Positions 62,104 through 64,000 of a stretch of 64,000 bases of DNA are shown here, piece by piece (the stretch's first letter is position 1; each line of letters opens with the position of its first letter). The DNA lies in assembly GCA_030390025.1 (NCBI GenBank), contig CM059432.1:71922001-71986000 (forward strand), written 5' to 3'. The translations under genes were made by a program, and so were the position numbers. The stretch comes from Squalus acanthias (taxonomy: Eukaryota). The notes beneath the pieces are model-generated. The model was not told the DNA's origin and searched no databases. It was given only the letters and a program-made list of their open reading frames with translations.

Positions 62104-63920
62104 TGTAAGGGATTCTGACCCTGCGTGTCTCGCAGCCTGTGAGATTCACGCGGCTCTGTGCAGCCTGTATGTCAGTGCGGGTCTAGGCCTCGTTGCCTGT
62201 TCTGGTCTCCAGCCAGTCTGGGAACACTAGACACACCTGTGAGTGGTTCGAATCACTGTCCCTTACGGTTCTAGACACTGGACTTAGATGCGAGAGCAGT
62301 AATGGAGATGAAACTCATGTAGACTCGGTTTGAATGGTACGAAATGGAAAATCTTTATTGCATGATACTTAAGATTATGAAATACATGTCATAAGCACAG
62401 ATTAATGACAGTACAATCTTACAAACAGTTATATAGTCGATCTTAGGGAAACGAGGAACGAACGGCACAAAGTAAATAGGGGCACACATTACAAATATCC
62501 TTAATCCTTAAACCCTCCCCTATCAATATCTATCCTAAACTAGATTCGTAGGATCTCGAGACTCATGCTCACCACTCGTGATAACTCGGAGAAATTCCGA
62601 ATAGCTGATTGGATGTTTTTCACCGCAGCACCCACGTGTCGGTCAGGAGATCTCCTGGTCCCACTTGTTTACTTGCTTCTGCTGCTCCGGCTAGCAGGCT
62701 GGAACGTCTGCTGTGATGAAGACCTGTGTTGGTTGGTTTAACAGGTACTTTTCGAGCACAGTTGTCAATATCATCGATACGATATGTTTCCTTGCAAGTT
62801 CGAAGAAGTCTTCCTGGCAAGGAAAACTTGGCTAATCGACCTACAGGCGCGGTCGGGATTTACTGACCGTGGCGATGGATATGGTCTTCCTCTCTTCTCA
62901 TCTCATCTCATCTCATCTCATCTCGGGCCTTTGGTTCCGCTGCCAGTTACCAACATAGGTCTTCGTTACGCGACACGAGGTAGATCCGAACGGATCAGAA
63001 AGTTCAACAGTCCTTTTCAAAAGAGGCAACAGGCAAGCAGAAGCCCAACTACGAGTACACAGGAGCAGCCACGATGATAAGAGCAGCAAGAGAAAGATGG
63101 ACGGTTTGGAGCCTGCAATTATAGTGCAAAATCTTCCGTTTCCCGCCCAACTATAATGTCCATTCTTTTGTTTAGGGTTTGGCGCTCAAATGTCTTGTAT
63201 GGGTGATCTCCGTTCTTAATGGGTTTCGGGGCTACTCGTAAATGTCTGAGTACCTGTTAATATTTCTCCCATTGTTAAATCGGTCGGTGTTCTCCCTGGA
63301 GGGGTTTGGGGCTTCCAAGTGTCCTGTATAACTACCTGCTAACGGCTCTCTCATCGTAGAGTCGTTGGGATTTTACATATTAATGTCTTTTGGATGGGCC
63401 CTTGATTACTCGGTACAATGGCTTTCCTTTGTACCTGGGAGACCGATTTCAGTATCTATGTGTATACTGCAAACCCATAATGTCTCGTGTAATTATCTTC
63501 ACTGTGCTGACTCTTAATCGATCTTGCACAAATGTTTATTGGAACGCCATCTTGTCTGCCTGTTGAAAAGTCTAGAATGTTCTGTCACGAGGTGCGGCGG
63601 CCATTTTACAGGCTGCTTGTGTCCACTTTAAACCTGTCAGCATTCTGCTGAAATAAAAGCTGTTTGAACGAAACTCTGTGTTTTCTCCTTATTAACAAAA
63701 TCGCGATATATTGCGAATTCTACAGTCCCTCCTGTTGATGCGAATAACTCCGCTTATCGTATCAAAAATCATAGTGGTGAGCAATATTATCTCGATTTCT
63801 CTCCGAATCCAGCAAATTAATCCCATAAATTTAACCTATCTAGGGTCTCTGTGTCGTCCTTATTTCCCGAGAAAATTACATTTTATATCACCGTAGGCAT
63901 TATTTGCCCTTAAACTTACA
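62104..63920 (-). mobile_element. Putative 1817-bp 3' LTR of an LTR retroelement/endogenous retrovirus continuing past the window
   Basis: TGTAAG...CTTACA termini; purine-rich GGGAAGGAAAACAAGTGG immediately upstream on minus (63921-63938); minus-strand TATAAT at 63118-63123 and AATAAA at 62354-62359; it cuts the Penelope ORF abruptly. Confidence 0.7.
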
Positions 63921-64000
63921 CCACTTGTTTTCCTTCCCGGCGTAACCAGGCCGATGCCTCTCGTATCACCTGTATATTCATCTTTTATTCAGGGAAAGGA

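Noticed and set aside
63921..64000. env or accessory ORF running into the LTR
   Set aside because: All three minus-strand frames contain stops within the last 80 bp.

Overview
Non-coding vertebrate genomic DNA, almost certainly from a cartilaginous fish (inferred from the repeat repertoire: CR1 LINEs with shark-type 3' tails, Deu-type SINE tails, Penelope, RTE). I recognise no host gene; the recognisable ORFs all derive from transposable elements. The window is a deeply nested TE graveyard. It holds many CR1 LINEs (one near full length, with an esterase-type ORF1) and about a dozen PIF/Harbinger elements, both two-gene (HARBI1-type transposase plus a 3-exon Myb/SANT-like gene) and MITE-like. 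It also holds a tRNA-Trp-primed Gypsy element, RTE and Penelope fragments, and a 1.8-kb LTR at the right edge. Main points of interest: (1) the Harbingers of several families share a non-canonical C-AWA-G(AG) target and repeatedly land in CR1 3' tail microsatellites; (2) a possibly intact autonomous Harbinger sits at the centre of a four-level nest; (3) an RTE insertion captured an inverted copy of nearby DNA inside its TSD; (4) a decayed Penelope hammerhead ribozyme; (5) an unusually long LTR with E2F/YY1/ETS motifs.
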